Below, in pieces: positions 1-13,354 of a stretch of 64,000 nt of DNA. Source of the stretch: Eledone cirrhosa. Lineage: Eukaryota. Position 1 is the stretch's first letter. Each line of letters begins with the position of its first letter. The notes under the pieces are model-generated. The model saw only the letters and a list, made by a program, of their open reading frames with translations. It had not been told where the DNA came from and did no database searches. Where the stretch lies: assembly GCA_964016885.1 (NCBI GenBank), contig OZ024743.1, positions 33,170,001 to 33,234,000 on the forward strand, given 5' to 3'. The position numbers and the translations under genes are program-made.

Positions 1-169
1 TATAAATATGTATGTATATATATATACATATGTATATGTATATATATATATATATATAAATATGTATATGTATATATATATATATATATATAAATATGTA
101 TATGTATATATATATATATAAATTTGAATGTATATGTATATATATATATATATAAATATATATATATAA

Positions 170-215
<46 letters not shown>

Positions 216-242
216 ATATGTGTATATGTGTAAATATATGTA

Positions 243-275
<33 letters not shown>

Positions 276-951
276 GAATGTATATATGTAAATATATATG
301 TATATAAATATGTGTGTATATATGTAAATATATATATATATATATGTAAATCAATATGTATATATATGTGTATATATGTAACTATATATGTATATATATA
401 TGTGTGTGTAAATAAATATGTATATATATATGTGTGTGTGTATATATGTAAATATATATGTATATATATATGTAAATCAATATGTCTATATATGTGTGTG
501 TATATATGTAAATATATATGTATATATATATGTGTGTGTATATATATATATGTGTGTGTATATATGTATATATATGTATATATGTGTATATATCTAAATA
601 TATATTTATATATGTAAATATATATGTATATGTCTTAATATATATATGTATATATATATATATGTGTGTGTGTGTATATATATATATGTATGTGTATATA
701 AGTATATATATATATAAGTATATATATATGTGTGTATATAATGTCTATATATGTATGTGTATATAAGTATATATATATATATATATGTATGTCTATATAA
801 ATATATATATGTGTATATAAGTATATATGTATGTGTATATATATATGTATATATGTATATATGTATGTATATATATGTGTGTGTATATATATGTATATAC
901 ATATACATGTACGTATATATATGTATATATGTACGTGTATGTATGTGTGTG

Positions 952-1024
<73 letters not shown>

Positions 1025-1046
1025 TCACATACATATGTGTGTGTGA
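1..1046. repeat. Degenerate (TA)n/(TATG)n/(TG)n microsatellite array
   Basis: Almost entirely TA/TG/CA dinucleotides; ORFs here translate as YIYI low-complexity artefacts. Confidence 0.97.
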
Positions 1047-3606
1047 TAATAATGGATGATGCGGATATCAATCTATCTATCTTTATATAAATAACCACGT
1101 CTGTAGATTTTCATAGAAACAAATCTATAGTTAAACTATAAACTAGTAATAAGCGGCAGACTCGGAGGAAACTAGTAGTGGTTTACGTCGGCAAGTAATA
1201 ATTAATAGAAAAACTCGTGTGTTTCACTAGAAAGACAATATTTCAGTGCAGTTTTGCACTGATTTTTCTTACTTTTTTTCTCCTCAAATTGCTTATGCAA
1301 GAAAAATATAAGAAATGTTTTGGGAAAACATTCGTTTTATTAATTAACGTAATAAAAATAGAATTGTTAAAGAAATGAACATTTAGTCAATATAGATATT
1401 ATTTATGCAGCTGTTTGAATCTAAGATTAGTGATAATTAGAATTACTGTATAGTGAAGGTGTGGGTGAGGGTTATATTACACGCCCCTCCCCTCACATTC
1501 TCCACGATTCTAATTCTAATTATAGTTAGTATCATTACACAATTAATGATATAATAATACTAACGTAAACATTTTAATACGATTCCATTACCCAGAATTT
1601 CATGACACTTTAATCATCTTATTTTAGCTGTAGAAAACAAAACAAAATAGAAAGGAGATAAATAAGTATGTTTATTAATGTAGTATTTTCTTTATAGAGG
1701 TCGCCTTCTCTAATAATAGTTGCTTGGTCGCCTATTATTAGAAAAGTTGGTGAATTTGATGGTCTTATATCTATGGCGCTTTCTATTTTCGTCAACACTA
1801 TTATAATTACCGTTATAGTTAGTGTTGGTCATTATTATCCCTGCTACTTTACACGATGATTACTACTGCTATCACTGCACTGATTACTGCTGTATACCCC
1901 TCCCCCAACAACATACAACCACCACCACACACACCTTATTCTCATCAGACATCATCTTTTACACTTTAGTCAGGAGGATCGCTACATTATTAGACAGAAA
2001 TTCTAAATTGTGTCGTCACTTTTATCGCACAAAACTCCACAACGCAAGTCTTTATTGTCAACCTACATAGACATATGATAGATAGATAGACATGCATGCC
2101 ACATACAACAAATGAAAAACAATAGCCGACGTTGAGAGTAACTAGTCTGTTCGTGACAGTCCCTATAAACTAGTCGTATCACCCATTGTCATATCACACA
2201 TACCCCTATTATTGTTTGTTGTATTTGTGACCATTATTCACTCACCTGTGATAGGCAGACACCTCAGTTACCTACTTCAAACGTTATCAATATATCTTCG
2301 ACTCAATATATATTTCTTATTCATCTAAGCCATCTGTTTCGTTTTTCTTTCTTTTTGTGTTTATTCATTTTATGATTTTTTATTTTTAGTTTTATTTTAC
2401 GAGCATATATAACCAGTGGCGGATTGGGGGGATGGGGTTATTCTAGCTTGGCTGAAACCACAAAATTTAAAGGGCTTCAAATTATAATTTTTTTTTTTGT
2501 GCTACCATACCATAAATAAATTATACGTTATGAAATGTCTAGCCAAAACACCCGTATAAGCTTAATCCACCCCAGTCTCTGTCAGTAACAACCTGTTTCA
2601 CACCCTTACATCAGTCTGTTTTCTCTAGCTTACTATTTTTTTTACTTTTATGCATTAACTTTGAATTACTTAATAGTCAGTCGCCAGCCGCTCATCTCAC
2701 CCTTTTCCTCATATTTTCTACTGCCTCCCCTCCTCTTCGATAAATACACGAAACATGACTAGAAATGAAATGTTAGATTCAATTCATCTTTCGTGTAGTA
2801 GAAATGGCAGGAAATGTATCTACCATCACCAGCTCCATTACAACTATTCCGTTAAGATAATTCTACTCTGTAAAATCGTTCCTTTTTCCCATTTTAAAAA
2901 ATATATATAAATCTTTTTTTTTTTCCTATGCATAATTATGTGAACTAACACCGGTTACATTTCTATTGCTAATCTCGAGTCTCCGCTTCATCGCTTCATA
3001 CGTACTATATAAATCTATCTACACACACACATACCACACACACACTACTTCACTAAACAAACACACATAGCCTTATCTTTGCAGCTATATCTAATTCCAT
3101 CTTCTACTACATTCAAATATGCATGTGTTCTACCTACCCTTTCGAAAACTGCGATGTTTCTATCAGATCAGGAAATTATCTTCGGAAAAAATCGCCCACC
3201 CCCTTTATTTATTTATTTATTTATTTATCAATAAATATAAAACATCGACGCTCAGTTTGACTTTTATTAAATCTACACATGCATTTTTTTAATTTTATTT
3301 ATTTATCTATTTATTCATTTATGTATTTATTTTGCTACCACAGACAAATGTACGATTTCGATGTCATGTAATTTAATAGTTCCTGCTCTTAGCATCGATA
3401 CAAGCAGTGTTAATGTGTTGACAATAGTGTCAGTACTACTTTCTCTTTCACTATGGATATCATTTAACGTCCGTTGTGCGTGTATCTATCTATTTGTTCT
3501 CTCTCTCTCTCTCTCTTATATAGAAATACTGTTGGCTTCTTGCTCAATAATTTCTATACTTTTCATTTATATATATATAAATATATATATAAATGAAAAG
3601 TATAGA

Positions 3607-3638
<32 letters not shown>

Positions 3639-3671
3639 TATCAATGCAAGGGGGCGGGTCGTGCCTCAATA

Positions 3672-3721
<50 letters not shown>

Positions 3722-3751
3722 TTGCAGGGGGGGGGGGGTCGTGCCTCAATA

Positions 3752-3791
<40 letters not shown>

Positions 3792-3892
3792 TGCCGAAAT
3801 TAGATTAAAGATGCCTTGTCTGAGAATATCAGAAGCATGTAATTGTTTGATGTTTATTATATATATATATATGTCAATTGACTTTTAAGTTA

Positions 3893-3923
<31 letters not shown>

Positions 3924-3927
3924 ACAA

Positions 3928-3962
<35 letters not shown>

Positions 3963-4159
3963 GCTTGTTGCTTAAAAGTAAACCAGAGAAGAGAAACAAT
4001 TGTGGTAGTTGTATCCATCGCTAGATGTATTTCTATAGTGGTTCATTTATAATTGTAGTTGCTTGCCTCATTCAAGAATTCAAAGATTTACGTCACTCTT
4101 GGACCTGAAAAACAAAAATGGATTTAAATATAAAATCCAGTTTGTTACAGCGTAATAAT

Positions 4160-4291
4160 TATTTCTACTTTTGGCACAAGGCCAGCAATTATTTCAGTGC
4201 ATTACTGGTACTTTATTTTATCGACCCTCTCGGCACGATTTGAACTCAGACCGTTAAGGGCCATAACTCTATGCTGCCAATCCGCCGCCCT
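4160..4291 (-). mobile_element. tRNA-derived SINE, Nin/Deu-domain-like family (internally deleted)
   Basis: Reverse complement matches the copies at 23696/48832/53523 (GGCGG..TTGGCAG head, TCTGAGTTCAAAT B-box, GGGTCGATAAAATAAAGTACCAGTAATG); flanked by near-identical GTTACA(G/A)CGTAATAAT at 4144-4159 and 4296-4311 (probable TSD). Confidence 0.75.
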
Positions 4292-4899
4292 TTACGTTAC
4301 AACGTAATAATATCAAGAAATATGTGTGTGTGTGTATGTATGTTTGCACATATAAAACAGACTTTCAAAGGATTCCACTGTTGTGCTTTTATTTATTAAT
4401 TTATTGAAAATTCATTTGCTACTCGACTTCCTCCTTCGTTTTTCTTCTTCTCCCTGCTTCAACTTAAAAGACTCCGATTTCGCTCGTTTTGAGTTAAGTC
4501 GTCTTCGATTTGTTTATATCGGAAATGCGATTCCTTCAAATGCGTTGCCGGTTAAACAATTTACCCAAATATTTGGGGTGTGGGGGCATTTATTTATATT
4601 ACGTGAAAGTCAATATTACACGTACCGATATTATTTTTATTTTTATTTTTTTTGTTATTTATTGTATTTATTTATTTTTTGATTATTTTCACTTAATTGT
4701 TTCTTTCATTATCGTTATCAGGAGTTTCATCTTACTGTTCATATTTCCTGATCATGTTAACAATGTAACCCCCCCCCCCATCACCACCACTAGTACCTCT
4801 CTTTTCATGCCGCTGCTGCTGCTACTACTGCATTCTCTACTAACATGCGCTCCCACCTATTTATTTCATTTTATTTATTTATTTATTTATTTATTACTG

Positions 4900-4949
<50 letters not shown>

Positions 4950-5324
4950 TCAATGCCAAAGTAGACAATATTGTATATTTTCATATTAATTGAGATTACT
5001 CTCTGTTGCTAACTCTAAGTTTCGCGGATTGCGCAGCTGTGTGTGGCGGCATTCACCAATTCATTCATTCATATATCTCTATATACGTATGTATGGATAT
5101 ATTTATATATACATATATTTATATATATACATATTATTACTGTTATATGCTTCTCCAATTATGCCCCCCAAAATTCGAAGATTCCATTTAAAACCTCTCG
5201 CTAACTACCCCATTTGTTCTAAATAATCTTCTCTTTGCTAACTACTCCATACCCCTCCCCCCCCCCACTCTCCACCTTATTATTTGGACCAATCACAAGT
5301 CAACGGCCTATGCTATCACTTCTG

Positions 5325-8300
5325 GTTGCTTTTCGATATGATGGATGGACTAAGGAATTTCTGGAGAGTCTGAAGAATCTGGACACCCGAAGACAATGCC
5401 AAAGATAACGACAAATTCACCTCATGTTGCCGGACGAAAGGGCAAGGCCCCCTCCTCTTTGTTTCGGCCGCGGATGGCCAACATAGCCCCAACCCCATCC
5501 CCCTCACCCATCCCTGCGCCCCATCCTCCAAACACAATCCAAAACTTCAGAGTTGGTACCATAAATGTAGGCACCTTAAAAGACCGCTCTAACGAGGTTG
5601 TAGAAATGCTTGAACGTAAGGAGGTTGATGTTTGCTGTATCCAAGAGACCAGGTGGAGGTGCGCGATGCTAGATTCATTGTGGGTAAAAAACGTTGCTAT
5701 AAGCTTTTCTGGGTGGGAAATGACAATGGGATAGGTGGGGTAGGAATCATGTTAGCAGAAAAATGGGTGGATAAGATAATAGATGTAAATAGAGTAAATG
5801 ACAGAATAATTAAAATAAGACTTGTTCTAAATAGAACTACTGTGACAGTAATATCGGCATACGCGCCCCAATCCGGACTGCCTGGCGCTATAAAAGACAG
5901 ATTCTATGAGACACTGATGCTCACTACCTCCCAAATAACCGACAGTGACTATATAATTATTGCTGGCGACCTAAATGGCCACGTTGGTCAACATTGTGAC
6001 GGCTATGACGGAATCTACGGAGGCTATGGGTTTGGTACTAGAAACGAGGAAGGCTCCAGAATCCTGGAATTCTGTGATGCAAATAACCTAACTATCTGTA
6101 ACACTAACTTCAAAAAACGAGACAATCACTTGATCACCTACAGATCAGGGGAACATACCAGCCAGGTAGATTATATCCTTACCAGAAGACGTGACAGGGT
6201 GTCTGTTGTAATCACTAAATCCCTCCCCCATGAAGAATGCACCTCCCAACATAGACTGATAATTAGCGACCTCATAGTCAGGACGAGACGTACTCGACAG
6301 CAGAAGAGGATTATCCTCAGGAGAAAAATATGGAAGCTAAAGGACCCCACAGCCAGAAATAAATTTAAAAGCATATTACTTGATGCTTTCGACAGTAAGG
6401 AAGAGCAATTAGAGTGGTACAATATAGAGGAACAGTGGGAATTCCTGAAAGCAAACCTGCTGATGGCGGCAGACGAAGTCTGTGGCTGGAGCAGGCCTGT
6501 AGGCAGGAGGAGAGTAACATGGTGGTGGAACAGTAAGGTGGAGGAGTCAATTAAGGCCAAAAAGCAGGCTTGGAAAGTATGGAGGGATGGGGGAAGTAGA
6601 GAAGACTATCAAGTGGCCAGGGTGGAAGCTAGGAGACAAGTGTACTTCTCAAGAATGGAAGCAGAGGAAAAAAGTTCAAGCATGTTCTACAACGCGAGGA
6701 CCAAAAACGTGAGGTGTTCAGGATTGCTAGGCAATGTATCAAGGAAAACCGTGATATTGTCGGGGAGAAGTGTGTACTTAATGATGATGGCGTACTTGCC
6801 ATCACCGACGCTGATAAGAAGGTAGCTTGGAAGTGTCACTACGAAAGGCTACTAAATGAGGAGAATAAATGGGAGAAAGACAGTCTCCCCCACATCGACC
6901 CAATAGAGGGACCAGCAGTGTTAGTCGAGGGTAGTATAATAAGTAAGGCAATCAAAGATATGAAGACGGGTAAGGCGGCTGGGCCTTCAGAAATAGTTGC
7001 TGAGATGCTGAAGGCATCTGGAACAGTGGGACACACCATGGTCACCCGGATAGTAAACCAAGTCGTACAGAATGGGGTTGTTCCGTAGCAGCAGCATCAT
7101 TAACTGTTATAAGGGTAAAGGAGATGCCCTAGATAGGAGTAACTATAGAGGCATTAAATTAATCGACCAGGTCATGAAGGTCACGGAAAAAGTAATAGCG
7201 CAACTAATCAGAGAGAGAATTGATCTAGATGAAATGCAGTTCGGGTTTGTGTCAGGCAAAAGTACCACAGACGCTCTTTTCATTGTACGACAACTACAGG
7301 AGAAGTACCTAGCTAAAAGTAAACCCCTATACTTAGCTTTTGTCGACTTGGAGAAAGCCTTCGACAGAGTCCCCCGTTCCATTATCTGGTGGGCTCTTAG
7401 AAAACTAGGTGTTGACGAATGGCTTGTGAGAGCTATACAAGCCATGTATAAAGAAACAGTCAGCAAGGTTAGAATTAACAACGAATATAGTGAAGAGTTT
7501 AGCGTAAAAGTTGGTGTCCATCAGGGCTCTGTTCTTAGCCCCCTACTATTTATTATTGCCCTTCAGGCTATAACAGAGGAGTTCAAGACTGGCTGCCCAT
7601 GGGAACTCCTATACGCAGATGATCTAATGCTCATAGCTGAATCAATGGCCGAGCTAGAGAAGAAATTCCAAACATGGAAGCACGGCCTAGAATCAAAAGG
7701 CCTTAAAATTAACCTGGCTAAGACTAAAGTTCTAGTTTGTAAGAAAGAAAATAAGGCGGCGGTCCCTTCCGGGAAGTGGTCATGCTCAGTGTGTAGGACA
7801 GGCGTAGCTAGAAACTCCATTTTATGTCCCAAATGCAAAGTATGGGTGCATAAAAGATGTAGTGGAATCACAGGTAAGCTAACTAAGAACATAGATTTTA
7901 CATGTGGCCGGTGCTCTGGTGCAATAAGTAGCAGCAAGTGCCCACAAAATACTAGCTCTTTCAATTGCGCAGAGGGTTCTATAGAAATAGTGGACAGCTT
8001 CCGTTACCTGGGTGACAAAATCAGCAGTGGGGGAGGGTGCTCTGAAAGTACAGTAGCTAGAGTCAGAACTGGATGGAAAAAGTTCAGAGAGCTTATACCA
8101 CTATTAGCCGCTAAAGGGTTCTCCCTAAAAATGAAAGGCAGGTTGTATGATGCCTGCATACGAACAGCTATGTTGCATGGCAGTGAGACCTGGGCATTGT
8201 GCGCAGAGGATATACGCAGACTAGAGAGGAACGAAGCTTGCATGCTCCGCTGGATGTGTAATAGTAATATACGTGAACAGCAAAGCATAAACTAACTAAG

Positions 8301-8948
8301 GAAAAAATTAGAAATAAGAGGGATCAGATGTTGTTTACTCGAGAGAAGGCTACGTTGGTATGGTCACGTGATGCGCATGAAAGACGACAGCTGTATAACA
8401 AAGTGCAGGGCAATAAAGATAGACGGTAGCCACGGAGTAGGCAGACCCAGAAAAACCTGGGACAACTTGATAAATTCCGACCTCACACACTTACACCTCT
8501 CCAAGACAATGTCACTGGACCGTGACCTTTGGCGGTACTCAGTAATAGAGAAGACCCGCCTTACCTAAATACAAAGTAAAACCTACTACAGTCAGTAGGC
8601 ACCTCTAACAAAATAGACCCCGTCCCACCACCCCCACCCCATCCACACCACCCCTTCAATGTAAAGTTATGTTGGTCCCACAACATCCAGGCCGAAACAA
8701 ATGAGATCGTGTAGGTGTCACGACAAAAAAACATACAGTCCACGCTGTAATGTGGCCGTGTAGGCAACACGGTAAAAACCTCCCAGCACTACACTGTAAA
8801 TGTGGTTGGTGTTAGGAAGTGCATCCAGCTGTAGAAAACCCGCCAGACAGTCCTATGCGAGCAAGTCAACCACTCTTGCCTCAAGTGGGAAAACTCCCGT
8901 CCAAACCCATGCAAGCGTGGAACATAGACGTTAAACGATGATGATGAT
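5325..8948 (+). mobile_element. Full-length RTE-clade LINE, disrupted
   Basis: 5' end GTTGCTTTTCGATATG matches the 5' end of the intact copy at 19313; endonuclease and RT coding pieces; 3' UTR with GTTAGGAAG..CATCCAGCTGTAGAAA motif; (GAT)4 tail followed by (AT)n. Confidence 0.95.
5396..8568 (+). pseudogene. RTE LINE ORF (AP endonuclease + RT + PHD-like finger), broken
   Basis: ORF pieces 5396-5734, 5632-6825, 6714-7088, 7072-8295 and 8368-8568 are co-linear with the intact 1056-aa ORF; frameshifts near 5660, 6670 and 7085 and a nonsense codon at 8293-8295; motifs GDLNGH, QGSVLSP, YADD. Confidence 0.93.
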
Positions 8949-9214
8949 ATATATATATATATAAACACATACATGATTACCGTTCAGCGTCAAATATATA
9001 TATAGTACAGAATTTTGGGTTTTGTCTGGCACACACTGTTAAAAACGCTCCAAAATTTTCAATTTAAAATTCATGGAACACAATTGAAAGTAAGACAAAG
9101 ATGGAGATGGAATGCAAATGTTCTCAGAGGTCTAAAATACTTCCATTCATGCCAGAAATCAGTGTTCTCTGCCAACAGTCTCTCTCACTATATATATATA
9201 TATATATATATATA

Positions 9215-9378
9215 AAGTTTATCCCGAGTTCAATCGGGGGTAAGGTACTCAATGCAAAGCAGAGTATAAATATTTGATATAGAAATAGCTTCTACAGGAC
9301 TAAAACTGTTTCATTTGGGAGAAATCATCTGAAGATCTAAAGGTCCCCTGTTCAATCCCGAGTTTCGGCATGCAGGCG
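9215..9378 (-). mobile_element. Short non-coding hammerhead-type element (related to 57309-57504), overlapping a tRNA-Phe-like sequence
   Basis: Shares TAAGGTACTCAAT, AGCAGAGTATAA and TTCTACAGGACTA.AACTGTTTCATT with 57345-57420; minus strand reads CAGATGA..GAAA-CAG..CTG-TA (degenerate core); (TA)n on both sides. Confidence 0.65.
9329..9370 (+). pseudogene. tRNA-Phe(GAA) 3' half (anticodon loop to acceptor end)
   Basis: CTGAAGATCTAAAGGTCCCCTGTTCAATCCCGAGTTTCGGCA closely matches the 3' half of metazoan tRNA-Phe as recalled; upstream GAAATAGCT and TTGGGAGA match its 5' half but are separated by an insertion. Confidence 0.8.
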
Positions 9379-9388
9379 TATATATATA

Positions 9389-10013
9389 TTCACGTGAACA
9401 GCAAAGCATAAATGAACTAAGTGAGAAATTAGGTATAAGAGGAATCAGATGCTGTTTACTCGAGAGAAGACTACGTTGGTATGGTCATGTGATGCGCATG
9501 AAAGACGACAGCTGTATAAAAAAGTGCAGGGCGATCAAAATTGACGGAAGTTACAGAGTAGGCAGATCCAGAAAAACCTGTGGCGATTTGATAAATTCCA
9601 ACCTCACACACTTACACCTCTCTAAGACAATGTCACTGGACTGAGATCTTTGGCGCTACGCAGTAATACAGAAAACCCACCTTGCCTATGTACAAAACGA
9701 AACCTACAGTTAGTAGTCACCTCTTAATCAAATATACACCCCTTCCTACTACCCCAACTCCCCCACCCCCGTCAACACCACCCCTTTCTCTGTAAAGTTA
9801 TGTTGGTACCACAACATCCAGTCCTAAATAAATAAAGTTGTGTAGGTGTCACGACAAAAAAACACACAGTCCACGCTGTAATGTGGCCGTGTAGGTAACA
9901 CGGTAAAAACCTCCCAGTCCACACTGTAAACGTGGTTGATGTTAGGAAGGGCATCCAGCCGTAGAAAACCTACCAGACAGTCCTATACGAGCAAGACAAC
10001 CAATCTTGCCTCA
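9389..10013 (+). mobile_element. RTE LINE 3' fragment
   Basis: Near-copy of 8271-8884 (ORF C-terminus [11 protein letters not shown] and 3' UTR); lacks the terminal tail. Confidence 0.92.
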
Positions 10014-10106
10014 ATTCCAATATACATATACCCATCCTCCACTTCCTCCAAGTGTGAACCTAATATAACTGTGTAAAATTTCCACCTGTGTTTTGTTTGC
10101 TTCATC

Positions 10107-10139
<33 letters not shown>

Positions 10140-10140
<1 letters not shown>

Positions 10141-11300
10141 TCATCATCCAGTCACTTCTGATACCGATTGAACCCAATTTCTCTCTCAGTTCATCTGCCT
10201 TTCTCTCACATTTACAGTGTACACCCTACGAAGCATGATAGCTTTATTTCTCTCTAGCCTACACATGTCTTCTGCAGACACTGCCCATGTTTCACTACCA
10301 TGAAGCACCGAACTTTGCACACAGGTGTCATACAGTTGTCTTTTTATACGTAGGGAGAAGCCTTTTGTTGTCAACACAGGAAGAGCTCTCTAAACTTCTT
10401 CCATCCTTTCCTTATTCTAGCTATTGTGCTCTCAAAGCTGCCTCCTCTGCTTCTAATTAGGTCACCTAGATAGCAGACACTATCAACCATTTCTATGAAT
10501 CCTTCATGTGGTTGGAAAAGGTTTATATCACTGACACTCTTCCCCTCAGTTACCCCAGTGCATCTTTTACATACAAAGTCTTCCCTATTAGTCTACCTGT
10601 TATCCCACTACATCTCTTGAGTACCCAAGATGTACATTGTGTACATCATATAGAGGTTATGCCTACTTCTTTTCTACATAGTGAGTCGGGCCACTGAAGG
10701 AATCAAGTTCCTATTATCTATACTACTTAATAGCACTTTAGATTTGGCTAAGTTTATTCTCAGCCTTTGGGATTCCAAATTCTGTTTTCATAAAACCATC
10801 ATTTAAAATCTATTTTAAATGATGATGATATATATAATATATATTTCATCCTCCCAAGCAGCTTTGCCACGTTTGAGCTCTTTAACCGTTTTTGTGACCT
10901 CAGCCTCTGGGAGATTATTCACTGCTCCCAGATGTACCTTACTTACATCCAAAGATGCTGTTGTGATCGGGTTGAGAAGATCAGCAAAGTATTCTTTTCC
11001 CCCTGCAAGATGCACCTCTCTGAAGGGGGGAGAACCCCAGATGCATTCTTGATAGCAGGTGTGGAGGAGCGCTTCTTATTACAAAATCTGTGGATGGTCT
11101 GCCAGAACACTTTATTTGCTGATCTGAAGTCGGATTACAGCTTCACCCCAAAGTCCTCCCATGTCTTAACTTTTGACGCCTTTACTGTCTCTGCTGTGAC
11201 TTTTCGTGTCTGCTTATATCACAAATGCAAGAAGGAGGATTTATTTCCAAGCCAAGCTTTGTAGCTTTGTAAGCCTCCTTCTTTGCTCAGTTATGTTAGC
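10140..11300 (-). mobile_element. Older, degenerate RTE LINE fragments (at least two pieces)
   Basis: Minus-strand peptides [29 protein letters not shown] and EAEVTKTVKELKRGKAAWEDEI resemble RTE RT regions. Confidence 0.8.
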
Positions 11301-11311
11301 ACCACTTCTAA

Positions 11312-11627
11312 TTAAAGTGGTCGTGCTGGTGACACGACAAAAAACACCCAGTCCACTTTGTAAGGTCGTCATACTGGTGACATAATAAAAAAAGTACCCA
11401 TTCCAATCTGTCAGTTGATTGATTTTTGTGCCACGATAAAAAGCCTCTAGTCCACGCTGTAAATGTGGTTGGTGTTAGGACGGTCATCCAGTGATAGAAA
11501 CCAAGCCAGAAACAGTTCTGTATGAGCAAGACATGGTTGCCTGATGTGACTTGTCTCATATTGGGACAACTCATCTAACCAATGCTAGCATGGAAAATGT
11601 ACATTAATCAATGATGATGATGATGAT
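11312..11627 (+). mobile_element. RTE-type 3' UTR/tail fragment with internal ~40-bp repeats
   Basis: GGTGTTAGGACGGTCATCCAG motif, GCTAGCATGGAAAATG and (GAT)n tail. Confidence 0.8.
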
Positions 11628-11649
11628 ATATATATATATATATATATAT

Positions 11650-11740
<91 letters not shown>

Positions 11741-12815
11741 TTTTGTCCCTTTTTGTCCATTATATTGCCAATGGATATTTTTCTATAGTTTGATTAAAAT
11801 TAAATAAGTACATTTGTTATTTAATTGATTTGGTTACAATTACTCATGAAGTTATTTTAATGAGTTAAATTTTATTTTACCCATCAATATTTCATTATAT
11901 TCTCTGCATTAGAATTCTACCCTTTGATATCAGATATTTTTTTAGCCCTTTTTTGTTCATCTCTAAGCCACAGGATGTAAAATGTTTTGCATATATTTCT
12001 CTTTGTTCTTGATTTACAACAAATTAGCTGTTCATTCAAATGTTGTAATACAATTATTAATTTTTTATGTCTCTACAATTATTCTCAGAAGAAATAGAAA
12101 AAAATATATATTCTACTTGAATAATAACATGTGCTCATTATGTAGTTAAAAGGAATGTTTGCGTTGTTATTTCCATTGCTGATATTATCTGCCCAATACA
12201 ATTCATGACAGAAGTGCCACTGCTTTCACATTGACAGAAGACCTAAACCCAGAAAGTATAAAGCCAAAACAGAAACTGTGACGCTTCCCATCGAATTCAT
12301 TAATATTTTGGCCAATCAATTGCCCATGGATTGGTACTTTATTTATTGACCTCAAAAGAATGAAAGGTACAGTCAGCCTTGGCAGAATTTTGACTCAGAG
12401 CACAAAGAGCAAGAATAAATATGAAAGCATTTAATCTGAAACTCTGATGACTGACAATTTGTTGCCATTATAAATGTTTATATATAATATAAAAGAGAGT
12501 TGTTTATTAGTTGGTGTCTTCGCACATCACACAAAAACAAAAACTGACAATCAAAAAGTAAGCGCACTAATGGAATAAGGTTATACCCAGAAAGGTTTAT
12601 TGATACTCATTTTATAACATCAAAAAGGAAGAAAATCATCCTGGGTATGCTAACCAACCCAACTGCTATTTTTAGCAGGTTGGGAGACAACCATAAGAGA
12701 TTGTCTCTACATTGTTAGCAATGCTCGTGTTTTGCAGCCAGTGTCTCCGTGCATTTGAACTCTGGTTTACACATACACATATATAATTATCTACATCTAG
12801 ATGTAAAATAAAAGA

Positions 12816-13354
12816 TTGGAACTTCCATCATCCTTTTGAGAAACCTGGACCAAACACATCTATGCAATGACACACACTTTACAGTCAGACAGAAGATGAA
12901 CCATCTCCTAGAGGCCACTATTCTTGGAGGCAATCATCAAGGAGAAAATGCATTTATTCCCAAGATTCCTCTCATCGCTTCCTCTACTGAGATGCCATTC
13001 AAATTCTCAAGACTTCAATTCCCTGTTAGAGCCAGTTTTGCTATGACCATAAATAAGGCTTCAAAGTTGTAGGATTGAATATGAGAGAATCACCTTTTAC
13101 CCATGGACAGCTATATATAGGTTGTTCACAAGCGGGAACATCTAGAAATCTTCATATACTATGCTCGAATAGTAAAACGAAGAATCTGGTGTGTCTGGAA
13201 GATTTTAAAAGTTGTTGTTTTTTTTTTGTCACACACACACACCAGTCTTGCCTCATACTGTAGACCAGACAACGCATCCAATACAGTCACATTCTTTGCT
13301 ACCTGTCTTCTCTTCTCATCTGTTTATCTGTGCAAAGCTAGATACCTCAGCTAG
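12816..13354 (+). mobile_element. Helitron 3' relic: PIF1-like helicase C-terminus and probable 3' end
   Basis: Peptides LRNL..LCN.T, FIPKIPL, FKFSRLQFPVRASFAMTINKA and FTHGQLYIGCS are typical of the Helitron helicase C-terminus (frameshifted); probable terminus ..GATACCTCAGCTAG|T at 13354. Confidence 0.85.

Noticed and set aside
2414-2575. Possible hAT MITE beginning CAGTGGCGGATT
   Set aside because: Right TIR matches poorly and no 8-bp TSD was seen.
3808-3846. CTGAGA..GAAGCATGTA hammerhead-like string
   Set aside because: Both core segments are defective and stem I does not pair.
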